Sequence record: PX393108.1
From: a phage
Reading direction: 5' to 3' (one strand)
DNA: 64,000 nt
Shown here: piece after piece, positions 55,925 through 64,000 of the stretch
Layout: each line of letters opens with the position of its first letter
Position numbering within the stretch: position 1 is the first letter of the stretch
The notes under the pieces: generated by a model
What the model was told of the DNA's origin: nothing
The model's database searches: none
Seen by the model: only the letters and a program-made list of their open reading frames with translations
Position numbers and translations under genes: made by a program

Positions 55925-57738
55925 TGGTGTTTAACCCTATGCATGATTTCTTTATTTTTGCCGAGATTAAATCCGCGTTCATTCGGATTTCCCAAATAAC
56001 CACAAGTTCTTCTTATTGTGTTCATCTTTTTAGGATCAGTTTCTCCACAAATAGAACAAACAAATCCGTTTTCAGTAGGAGTCATTTCATGGGTACTTCC
56101 ACACGTAAAACATTTATCTACTGGCATGTTAACGCCAAAATAATCTAAATGTTGCGCAGCATAATCCCATACAGCCTCAAGACCTTTTAGGTTATTTTTC
56201 ATATCAGGAAGTTCAACATAAGAAATGTGACCACCTGTCGCAATGAAATGATATGGTGCTTCACGAGAAATCTTTTCAAACGGAGTGATATTTTCTTCTA
56301 CTGAAACATGGAAACTGTTAGTGTACCAGCCTTTATCAGTAACATCTTTTACACTTCCATATTTTTCGGTATCAAGTTTACAGAAGCGATAGCACAGGTT
56401 TTCAGCAGGTGTAGAATACAAGCTAAAAGCAAAACCAGTTCTTTCAGTCCACTGCTTAAGACGAGCATTCATTTTAGTTAAAATTTCCTGTCCAATATCA
56501 CGACCGACAAGAATATTCAATTCGTGAATACCAATGTATCCTAAGGACACTGAACTTCTACCGTTTTTAAATAACTCAATTATATCGTCATCAGGTTTAA
56601 GACGAACCCCGAATGCACCTTCTTGGTAAAGAATAGGAGCAACAGTAGCTTTAACTCCTTTTAAGGAACTAATTCTACACATCAATGCTTCAAAACATAA
56701 ATCCATTCTCTCATTGAACAATTCGGCAAATTTCTGTTCATTGAACTGTGTTCCAATATAAGAATCTAGTGCAATGCGAGGAAGATTCAGTGTTACAACA
56801 CCAAGATTATTACGTCCATCAAGAATTTCATTACCAGTCGAATCTTTCCATACACCCAAGAAACTACGACAACCCATTGGAGAAACAGGAATAGATGAAC
56901 CGGTGATAGCTTTATTGTTCTTAGCCGAAATGATGTCAGGATACATTCTTTTACTTGCACATTCTAGAGCAAGCTGCTTAATATCATAGTTCGGATCGTC
57001 TTTATAAAGATTAACACCTTCTTCAACGAACATAACAAGCTTAGGGAAAATAGGAGTTATCCCATCACGACCAAGGCCTTTAATACGATTTTTCAGAATT
57101 GCTTTCTGAATCATTCGTTCAGTCCAGTCAGTTCCCGTACCAAATGTAATTGTTACAAAAGGCGTTTGTCCGTTTGAACTAAAGAGAGTATTTACTTCGT
57201 ATTCATAAGCTTGGAATGCATCGTATACATCTTTTTCTGTTTTAGATTGGGCATAATTCAACGCATCAGCGATTTGCCATTTTTCTGCGTCCTCAATATG
57301 TTTTGCATAGGTGCGTTTAACATAAGGAGAAAGTACTTTGTCTACATTCGCAAAAGTCGTTCCACCATATTGATGGGAAGCAACCTGTGCAGTAATTTGC
57401 GCCATAATTGCAGTAGCAACACCGATTGATTTAGGAGTTTCAATCTGTGCATTACCGAGCTTAAATCCGTTCTCAAGCATTCCTTTTAAATCTACTAAAC
57501 AGCAATTAGTAAATGGAAGAGCAGGGGAATAATCAATATCATGGAAATGAATAATTCCGCTTTCATGCGCTTTCATAATAAAAGACGGGACCATATTTTT
57601 GGCAATGTGTTTAGACACAATACCAGCCATAAGGTCCCGTTGAGTTGGAAAAACACGAGAATCTTTATTAGCATTCTCGTTTAAAAGGTCTTTATTAGTT
57701 TTATGAATCAATCCTTCAATTTCTTTTTCAATTGTCAT
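55921..57738 (-). CDS. nrdD: Anaerobic ribonucleoside-triphosphate reductase NrdD, intron-less
   Basis: 605 aa; C-terminal zinc ribbon and glycyl-radical motif (RRTCGYLG); continuous reading frame. Confidence 0.95.
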   Translation of the reverse strand: MTIEKEIEGLIHKTNKDLLNENANKDSRVFPTQRDLMAGIVSKHIAKNMVPSFIMKAHESGIIHFHDIDYSPALPFTNCCLVDLKGMLENGFKLGNAQIETPKSIGVATAIMAQITAQVASHQYGGTTFANVDKVLSPYVKRTYAKHIEDAEKWQIADALNYAQSKTEKDVYDAFQAYEYEVNTLFSSNGQTPFVTITFGTGTDWTERMIQKAILKNRIKGLGRDGITPIFPKLVMFVEEGVNLYKDDPNYDIKQLALECASKRMYPDIISAKNNKAITGSSIPVSPMGCRSFLGVWKDSTGNEILDGRNNLGVVTLNLPRIALDSYIGTQFNEQKFAELFNERMDLCFEALMCRISSLKGVKATVAPILYQEGAFGVRLKPDDDIIELFKNGRSSVSLGYIGIHELNILVGRDIGQEILTKMNARLKQWTERTGFAFSLYSTPAENLCYRFCKLDTEKYGSVKDVTDKGWYTNSFHVSVEENITPFEKISREAPYHFIATGGHISYVELPDMKNNLKGLEAVWDYAAQHLDYFGVNMPVDKCFTCGSTHEMTPTENGFVCSICGETDPKKMNTIRRTCGYLGNPNERGFNLGKNKEIMHRVKHQ

Positions 57739-58208
57739 TTTAAACTCTTTCTAAGCTGCTTCTTAAATGAAGCTATTAATTGTGTTTTAGTGTCAGATTC
57801 ATTATATTCAAATCCTCTTTGAAGCATCTCAGCCATCATTTCCTCTTTTCCTAAACGAGAAAATTCCTTTGATTTATCTCCAACGAAGTTAGGGTGAATA
57901 TTATTTTGGGTGTAATCGGATTTTAAATAAGTAAGTAAATTTTCTAACCATTCAAGATAATCAACACCTTGTCCCTTTAAGCCAGAACGATTAAATTTAT
58001 GCTTCATTTGACCTTCCGCAGCATTGCAGAGATTACAGAGCAATCCACGTACCTTTCCTGCTTTTGGTCCATTTAATTCATGGTCATGGTCAAGGTGATT
58101 AGCTTGAACATCAGGATTTAGTTCTCGTTGGCAAATTAAGCATTTACCGTTTTGTGCATTATAAAATTTTTGTTTTTCTTCTTTGTATAATTTGCCAGTC
58201 AATAACAT
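57735..58208 (-). CDS. 49: Endonuclease VII (Holliday-junction resolvase) gp49
   Basis: 157 aa; zinc-binding Cys cluster and HNH-like core; matches T4 gp49. Confidence 0.9.
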   Translation of the reverse strand: MLLTGKLYKEEKQKFYNAQNGKCLICQRELNPDVQANHLDHDHELNGPKAGKVRGLLCNLCNAAEGQMKHKFNRSGLKGQGVDYLEWLENLLTYLKSDYTQNNIHPNFVGDKSKEFSRLGKEEMMAEMLQRGFEYNESDTKTQLIASFKKQLRKSLK

Positions 58209-58239
58209 AATAAAACCCTTACCTTAAATAGATAAGGGT

Positions 58240-58416
58240 ATTTATTATTTTCAAGTATTGTAAAACATTCGATGCAATCGCTTATATTGTCGAATCATCT
58301 TTTTAGTAGGACGAGAATAAGTTCCTATACAAGTGGTCATATTAGGGTCAGTAGGACTTCCTTTAATAAAAAGTTTCCAAACCTTACCACCATTTAACTT
58401 TTCAGTATAAATTAAT
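58240..58416 (-). CDS. Small hypothetical protein (58 aa)
   Basis: Hand-translated ORF MKTELIYTEKLNGGKVWKLFIKGSPTDPNMTTCIGTYSRPTKKMIRQYKRLHRMFYNT. Confidence 0.3.
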
Positions 58417-58426
58417 TCGGTTTTCA

Positions 58427-58873
58427 TTAAAACGCTCGGTCAGAAAAAGAAATTTGAGTTTCAAGCCATTCAATATATTCTGCCGCAGCTTGCATCAGGT
58501 TACCTTCATAACCATCGTTATTTTCTTGTGCAGCTAATTTAGCTAATGCATATGAAATGCGTTCACCTTGAAAAGCGGCTTTAGGTTTATGAATAACTTG
58601 ATCAACTCGTTCTACGACCTCTTCAATTTCGCCATTTTCTGCGGATTCAGTATTCCACAAGCACCAATACGTAATTGGCTTATCATAGATGTTAATAATC
58701 TTTCCATCAGAAAGTTCAATTTCAATAATTCCAGTATCAGGTTCTATATCATCTTCGCATTCTTTTGCGAGTTCACGAACTTTAAAGACAGTACCTGCAC
58801 TAAGTTCTGGCCAATAATTACATAGCCCTTTATCAGCACGATTAATTCTAAACCACTTATCTACTGTAATCAT
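58427..58873 (-). CDS. Hypothetical protein (about 148 aa); position compatible with T4 pin
   Basis: Positional inference only; start trimmed to the second Met. Confidence 0.45.
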   Translation of the reverse strand: MITVDKWFRINRADKGLCNYWPELSAGTVFKVRELAKECEDDIEPDTGIIEIELSDGKIINIYDKPITYWCLWNTESAENGEIEEVVERVDQVIHKPKAAFQGERISYALAKLAAQENNDGYEGNLMQAAAEYIEWLETQISFSDRAF

Positions 58874-58996
58874 GTCCCATCTCCATATCAATTAAGTCAT
58901 TTATCGTTGGTTCATTATATACTGTTTCTTCATCAGTGTAAACCGGTTCTTCCGGTTCTGGCTCTACTGTTTCCCATCTAGCCGCCCACCAAGGTT

Positions 58997-59317
58997 TTAT
59001 AGCGTAATCCATTCTCGTACTGTCTGAGTTACTACACGTTCACGGGGCTCGACTAGTTCAACAGTCGGAACTGCATAATACCAGTCAGAATGGTAAGAAC
59101 CTGAGCGAGATTCATTTACAGACACATGAACGTTATGTTTTGGACTAAAATAAACACACTGACGATATTGGCATTTGCCATCTTGTACCCAATCTTCTAT
59201 TTCGACAGGTTTAAGATAATCCGAAAAATCGAAATCATAATTTTCTGAAAATGCATCATGGTCTTCGATGATTTCACTCAGAACTGCATCAACATCTAAT
59301 TTATTTTCAATATTCAT
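58997..59317 (-). CDS. Hypothetical acidic protein (106 aa)
   Basis: ORF. Confidence 0.5.
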   Translation of the reverse strand: MNIENKLDVDAVLSEIIEDHDAFSENYDFDFSDYLKPVEIEDWVQDGKCQYRQCVYFSPKHNVHVSVNESRSGSYHSDWYYAVPTVELVEPRERVVTQTVREWITL

Positions 59318-59328
59318 TTTTCACCACT

Positions 59329-59538
59329 TTAATTTCGCAATTTATTAAGTTCTTCATAATCAATCCAGGATTCTAGTCCTGATGGCAAATCAGATTCAAT
59401 TTCCCAAAGAAGCTCTTCAATTTTCTGAAGACGATCTAATTCTTCGGCTGGAATAGTAACCATTGACGGAGTTCTTGATACACTAATATCGTAAATCATA
59501 TTTACCCCAGTTTGACCATGCAATCGCCGTATTTCCAT
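59329..59538 (-). CDS. Hypothetical protein (69 aa)
   Basis: ORF. Confidence 0.45.
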   Translation of the reverse strand: MEIRRLHGQTGVNMIYDISVSRTPSMVTIPAEELDRLQKIEELLWEIESDLPSGLESWIDYEELNKLRN

Positions 59539-59717
59539 TTAGAAATAGACTTTTCACCGTTAGAATAATAAACTTCGAGTTTAGCACGATTATTTTTAAT
59601 TTGAATAACCTTTGCTGTCATCAAAGTTCCATACCCGTAATAAACTGCAACCTCATCACCTACATATACCGCGCTTCCGCGGTAGTCATGGATATAATCA
59701 GTTCCTTCGAGCATCAT
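59502..59717 (-). CDS. Hypothetical protein (71 aa)
   Basis: ORF with 4-nt overlap to nrdC. Confidence 0.5.
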   Translation of the reverse strand: MMLEGTDYIHDYRGSAVYVGDEVAVYYGYGTLMTAKVIQIKNNRAKLEVYYSNGEKSISKWKYGDCMVKLG

Positions 59718-59977
59718 TTAAAGTATTCCCGCAATTGGTCAAATCCACCAATATGACTTCCATCAGGAGCAAATACTTGCGGCATTGTCAAACCAATTTG
59801 AGTATCACGACCTAGTTTCGTCAGAAGCTCAGCGATTTTCTCATCATCAAAAACACCTTTTTCCGGCATAATATTGATAAATTCAAACGGCTGTTTCTTC
59901 ACAGTCAAAAGACGTTTTGCATTATCGCAATACACACATTTGTGGATGTTGCTATCATAACCATATACTTTAAACAT
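59714..59977 (-). CDS. nrdC: Glutaredoxin/thioredoxin NrdC
   Basis: 87 aa with CVYC active site; matches T4 NrdC. Confidence 0.9.
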   Translation of the reverse strand: MFKVYGYDSNIHKCVYCDNAKRLLTVKKQPFEFINIMPEKGVFDDEKIAELLTKLGRDTQIGLTMPQVFAPDGSHIGGFDQLREYFK

Positions 59978-59978
59978 A

Positions 59979-60221
59979 TTATTCCTTAATTCCTAGTACT
60001 TGTTTAAAAGTCTCGTCGTAATCAAGACTTTGACCCGTTTGTTCTTTATGTTTGTATATAATATCACTTACTTCTGATAGCATATTTTTATATGAACGAG
60101 TTAAAGCAGATTTAAGCACGCTGTATCTATCAGGAAATTTACCGTGTTCATTATAATACGCTATTGCTAATTCACGGACTGCCTTTTCAGCAATCTCCAT
60201 ATATTCTTTACGCTTGGTCAT
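59979..60221 (-). CDS. Hypothetical protein (80 aa)
   Basis: ORF. Confidence 0.5.
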   Translation of the reverse strand: MTKRKEYMEIAEKAVRELAIAYYNEHGKFPDRYSVLKSALTRSYKNMLSEVSDIIYKHKEQTGQSLDYDETFKQVLGIKE

Positions 60222-60525
60222 TTTCTTCTCGGTTAAATCGGTGTTTACAATGACGACATTTATAACGAAGATTACTAGTCTGCCAATGAATTAATTGAAC
60301 CTGTTCAGTACCACATTTTGGACAGTTCGGAACATTCTTAGAAACCCTTTCGCGGCGTTCAACCATAACCATAATGGCATCCCAGGCTGGAGGTTTAAAA
60401 TCTAAATCATCACAACCATGAATCTTTCCACGCATTTCCAGATCGTCTTCTTCACCAGCCATAATAATTTTAATTAGACTGGAATTACTTGAAGCTGCAA
60501 TATCTTCTAATAGACGCTTTTTCAT
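60208..60525 (-). CDS. Zinc-ribbon protein (105 aa)
   Basis: CPKCG…CRHCKHRF C4 motif. Confidence 0.55.
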   Translation of the reverse strand: MKKRLLEDIAASSNSSLIKIIMAGEEDDLEMRGKIHGCDDLDFKPPAWDAIMVMVERRERVSKNVPNCPKCGTEQVQLIHWQTSNLRYKCRHCKHRFNREENDQA

Positions 60526-61451
60526 TTCAATACCTCAATAGCATTACGTAAACCATTTGCTTTTGCATTAAGAGCTTTTAACAATTTAGTGTGTTCGGCA
60601 ATTTGGGCTTCAACTTCAATCAAACGAGCATTGAGATATTCGCGTTCTTCGCTCAAGCTATCAACCTTTTCTACTTTAGGTTCTTTTACAACTGGCTTAT
60701 ATGTATTAGGGTTCTTCAGTTTAATTAGAATACGTGAACTGTATAACATTGAACCATTATTTTCGATTTCGTCATACATTTCTACTACGTCCATGATTTT
60801 TAACATCATGCGGAGTTTATAAGATAACGAACGAATAGTTTTGTTGTGCTTATTAATTTCTCTAGCTGTCATGGTGCCGAGATTACGTGAGTAATAATAA
60901 GGAACCTGGATATTAATTAATACTGATGAACCACCTGGCTTGTGTGTTACTTCATCAGCAATAACCCAGTCCTTAACATGAACTGTATTTGTACGGTCAT
61001 CGCCCGCGGTAAATAGTTTACGAGCATGCTTAAAAAGCATATTCACTTGGTCATTGAATTGACAAGCAAATTTATCAGCAAATTTAGTTTCAGGAATGGT
61101 AGATAACCAATCAGCCAAATGGGTCTTTTTAACATCGTTAACAATAGTAAATTCAACCAAATCAGTTATAGATGTCTCAGATTTAATAAAGCTCGGCTTC
61201 ATAAAGTTTTTAATGTTATCGCGAGCTACAGTAGAAGATAACATACGAGAACGTTTAAACCATTGAAGCAAATTGCCCAACGAATGAGAATAAGCGTTCT
61301 GTGTATCTTTACAGATATGATTTTCCTGGCCAACATACTGAAGGAAATCACGAAGAATATTATTGATTACTGCTCTATGTCCTATCTGATAATTACGATG
61401 TTTAGTAATAAGACTGTCAAAATAATCAATATAATGTTTACGAGTTTTCAT
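60522..61451 (-). CDS. Hypothetical protein (309 aa) with C-terminal coiled coil; member of a 3-gene paralogous family
   Basis: N-terminus MKTRKHYIDYF… and heptad-rich tail resemble the two upstream ORFs. Confidence 0.6.
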   Translation of the reverse strand: MKTRKHYIDYFDSLITKHRNYQIGHRAVINNILRDFLQYVGQENHICKDTQNAYSHSLGNLLQWFKRSRMLSSTVARDNIKNFMKPSFIKSETSITDLVEFTIVNDVKKTHLADWLSTIPETKFADKFACQFNDQVNMLFKHARKLFTAGDDRTNTVHVKDWVIADEVTHKPGGSSVLINIQVPYYYSRNLGTMTAREINKHNKTIRSLSYKLRMMLKIMDVVEMYDEIENNGSMLYSSRILIKLKNPNTYKPVVKEPKVEKVDSLSEEREYLNARLIEVEAQIAEHTKLLKALNAKANGLRNAIEVLK

Positions 61452-61503
61452 GTTCTTCTCACTTGGTTAATGATTTATACTCCGAGCCATCCTTGGCTTT
61501 AAA

Positions 61504-62505
61504 TTACTTAATTAACTGTAAAGCTTGTTCCAAACGATCAAGGCGATTAACAGATTCTTCCCAAATCCTTTTAGCCTTCTCATATTCTTTCTGCGCTTTA
61601 TTAGAAATTTCTAGAACTTCTTTATAAGCTTTTTCTAGCGCAATAACTTCTGGACGAATTTCTACCGGTTCAGGCGAATCATCAAGATTATCCATTAGTT
61701 CCTCAAGTGTAGTTTCTTCTTTAGGAGTATTCACAATTTCATCACATTTTTGTTGGTAAATTTCTTTATCAGTCGGTGAGTACGTACGTTTCACTTCACG
61801 AAGGCTAATTATAATTTTATATCCTTCCCAACCACACATATTTTTGAAAGGATATGTATGAATACTTTTTACGGTTTCCATACAGCCCAAAGCCGCCTCT
61901 AATTGATAAGTTATAGTGCTAGCAATTGAGAAAAATTTATTAATATTCTTTTGGTTAGCGTTTGGTGTAAAAAATCCATAATTCACAAAAATAGCTACTT
62001 TATTTTTATCAAGCTCATATTCTTTTACGATAATCATATCAGAAGCCAAAGGATGAATTTGACGATAATCGCCATAACATAATTTAGAAGCTGATTTTAG
62101 AATCTGTCCTTTGAAAAGCCTGAAATTACTAATCCAACGACGAGTAAAAATATTCTCAGGGTCTTCTTTATTATTAAGATGATAAGAATTAACATCACCG
62201 AACCAATTATATCCTACTACATCTTTAGTTCGTTTAATTTCTTTCCCAAATTTACCAAGAATATCTCTGTTGACTAAGTATGAAAGAAGACGAGACCCTT
62301 TAAAGGTTTTCTTAATGTCATCTTTATCTGTACGACTAGAAATTTCACGAACTTCGTGAATAAATCTGCTGGAAGAAACAATGCTTACATCAATATTATT
62401 GAGCCATTGATTGATAATAGAAAGAACACTATTCTGACTAGACATAGGTTTAACTTTATCATCAATAACGCTATTGAATGATTTGATATATTCGTTACGA
62501 GTCAT
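61504..62505 (-). CDS. Hypothetical protein (about 333 aa) with C-terminal coiled coil; paralogous family
   Basis: ORF-track start lies inside an early promoter; trimmed to MTRNEYIKSF…. Confidence 0.6.
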   Translation of the reverse strand: MTRNEYIKSFNSVIDDKVKPMSSQNSVLSIINQWLNNIDVSIVSSSRFIHEVREISSRTDKDDIKKTFKGSRLLSYLVNRDILGKFGKEIKRTKDVVGYNWFGDVNSYHLNNKEDPENIFTRRWISNFRLFKGQILKSASKLCYGDYRQIHPLASDMIIVKEYELDKNKVAIFVNYGFFTPNANQKNINKFFSIASTITYQLEAALGCMETVKSIHTYPFKNMCGWEGYKIIISLREVKRTYSPTDKEIYQQKCDEIVNTPKEETTLEELMDNLDDSPEPVEIRPEVIALEKAYKEVLEISNKAQKEYEKAKRIWEESVNRLDRLEQALQLIK

Positions 62506-62529
62506 ATTAATCTCCTCAATAGAAAGTAA

Positions 62530-62565
62530 GAACATTATACCACATCCTTGTGGCAAAGTAAACTA
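62530..62565 (-). promoter_or_regulatory. T4-type early promoter (-35 GTTTACT, 17 nt, -10 TATAAT)
   Basis: Minus strand GTTTACTTTGCCACAAGGATGTGGTATAAT, the same core as the promoter at 17821-17860. Confidence 0.6.
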
Positions 62566-63591
62566 GTTTAGTGCATTTAGTGCATTGTTCAGTTTAGAAC
62601 GTTGCTTCGTAAGATTTTTGACTTTTTCTTGAGCTTTTTCTAGCATCTTTTCAGCTTCTAGCACTTCATTAGTTGCTTTAACGAGTTCATCATCTACTGC
62701 CTTGATAGACTTCTCAATCGCATCCGCGTGCCATTTTTCAACAGGTTTAAGACTCGGATTTTCAACAGGAAGAAAATTCACTTTATTGAATTTCCATGCA
62801 TCCTTATTACCTGAACTATACATCCAAAATTTAGGATCGTTTGATGAGTAATTGGATAAATTTAAATTTAAGTTATCTTGCACTTCTTGCTTTTTCTCTT
62901 GCGTGACTTCGTCCTTTCTCAAAAAATCGTATTTAAATGAAACGATCATATCAAGTTCATATGTTGTTGTGTCTAATTTAAATCGTTCGAAATGCTGTGA
63001 AATCTTAGACTGAACAGCAGCAACAACGTCCATATACTTAAATGCTTCTGTCAACTGTGATTTAAGGCATTCGCAAATTGAAAGAGAATTTTTTGTATTA
63101 GGTTTAAAGCTAATTCGTGCAGTTCTGTTATTTTCTTTTAATGGTCTTACTTCCATCTGAAGAGTATAACCATCAAATTTCAGATTCTTTAAGTTAATAT
63201 CAGAACCTTTTAATCGACTCGCAGTTGATAAAATTTGCTTTAATTGTCTACGGAACAGAGCAATAAATCTCCATTCAATACGATAATGATTTGGATTGAA
63301 AAATCCAGATGATAAATCGACCTTACTTTGACCAACGCCTTGAACAAATAGAGGATTTTTATAATCGATAGTTTTACAGAAATCGGTGAGCTGCTCACGA
63401 GCCGTCATTTGTGTAATATAACCCGCTTTACTAAAATTACGCACCCATTCACTGCTATTCGTATACTTAAAGTGATGAATAACACGATTAACTTTATCAG
63501 GGTCTAAATTATTTTCACACAAAAATGTCATAACATCACGAGTATAACTGGCATTACGAACCATATCTTCAATTTGAGAACGAGTTTTCAT
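62563..63591 (-). CDS. Hypothetical protein (342 aa) with C-terminal coiled coil; paralogous family
   Basis: N-terminus MKTRSQIEDMVRN…; tail …EVLEAEKMLEKAQEKVKNLTKQRSKLNNALNALN. Confidence 0.6.
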   Translation of the reverse strand: MKTRSQIEDMVRNASYTRDVMTFLCENNLDPDKVNRVIHHFKYTNSSEWVRNFSKAGYITQMTAREQLTDFCKTIDYKNPLFVQGVGQSKVDLSSGFFNPNHYRIEWRFIALFRRQLKQILSTASRLKGSDINLKNLKFDGYTLQMEVRPLKENNRTARISFKPNTKNSLSICECLKSQLTEAFKYMDVVAAVQSKISQHFERFKLDTTTYELDMIVSFKYDFLRKDEVTQEKKQEVQDNLNLNLSNYSSNDPKFWMYSSGNKDAWKFNKVNFLPVENPSLKPVEKWHADAIEKSIKAVDDELVKATNEVLEAEKMLEKAQEKVKNLTKQRSKLNNALNALN

Positions 63592-63599
63592 GGTATTCC

Positions 63600-64000
63600 T
63601 TAAGATTTAAGTAAATCAACAATTTTAATTAACTTTTCACGCTCAGATTTAGCTTTACTACTCAATCCAGATAGTCTGAAAATTTCATCGTCATATTGTT
63701 GAATAGAAATATTCAGCTCTTCAATCTGCTTATTAAAATAATCAATTTGTTCAGAATGTTTTTCGTTACTACGAACTGGTACAGGTTTTGTAGGCAATTT
63801 AGTTGAACTGGATTCATCCGGGCGATAAATTAAAATACAACTTGAACCAATAGGGCATTTTGCACCAGATGAATATTCTAATGTTCCAGCTTCTTTTAAA
63901 ACTTCAAAAGCTAAACAGAGATGATGCCCCATATTAACATAATCTGTAGAGTGAGCTCTGATATAATAATCATCTCCACGAATACTAAATTTAAAGCATT
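63600..64000 (-). CDS. Hypothetical protein, 3' portion; frame stays open to the window edge, so the start lies beyond position 64000
   Basis: No in-frame stop upstream of the first ATG through the end of the window; coiled-coil-like C-terminus. Confidence 0.5.
   Translation of the reverse strand, partial: CFKFSIRGDDYYIRAHSTDYVNMGHHLCLAFEVLKEAGTLEYSSGAKCPIGSSCILIYRPDESSSTKLPTKPVPVRSNEKHSEQIDYFNKQIEELNISIQQYDDEIFRLSGLSSKAKSEREKLIKIVDLLKS

Noticed and set aside
9655-62565. Possibility that the repeated 40-70 bp elements form a CRISPR array or transposon ends
   Set aside because: Spacing is irregular (kilobases apart), each copy lies directly upstream of a gene start, and they carry -35/-10 promoter hexamers; they are promoters, not CRISPR repeats or inverted terminal repeats
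1-64000. tRNA, rRNA or other structured RNA genes
   Set aside because: No cloverleaf-like conserved segments or rRNA-like GC-rich blocks seen; the T4 tRNA cluster maps to a different genome region not covered here

Overview
The window is a collinear 64-kb segment of a T-even (T4-like, Tequatrovirus-type) coliphage genome. It is AT-rich, with late tail-fibre and lysis genes on the + strand (35, 36, 37, 38, t) followed by a long block of early and middle genes on the - strand. Gene order matches the T4 map across the circular-permutation origin: asiA, arn, motA, 52, ac, stp, ndd, denB, rIIB, rIIA, 39, dexA, dda, modA, modB, soc, 56, 61, sp, dmd, 41, 40, uvsX, 42, imm, 43, regA, 62, 44, 45, rpbA, 46, 47, alpha-gt, 55, nrdH, nrdG, nrdD, 49, nrdC. 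All gene identifications rest on my recollection of T4 protein sequences, lengths and synteny; no database search was possible. The phage is not T4 itself but resembles the T2/T6 type: gp37 is 1318 aa with a C-terminal chaperone-like domain, gp38 is a 261-aa glycine-rich adhesin, gene 39 is uninterrupted (no gene 60 or mobA), nrdD has no intron, and a 282-aa glycosyltransferase sits where T4 has beta-gt. I did not find an obvious complete novel system. The most interesting material is in the accessory islands between conserved genes: a putative counter-defence cluster (sp, a 61.4/tifA-like ORF, dmd), tandem paralogues, arrays of tiny membrane peptides, envelope-protein genes beside imm, and a paralogous family with coiled-coil tails near the right end. 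Repeated 40-70 bp elements are T4 early promoters with conserved leaders, and GC-rich tetraloop hairpins punctuate the intergenic regions. No tRNA, rRNA, CRISPR array, transposon or homing endonuclease gene was recognised.
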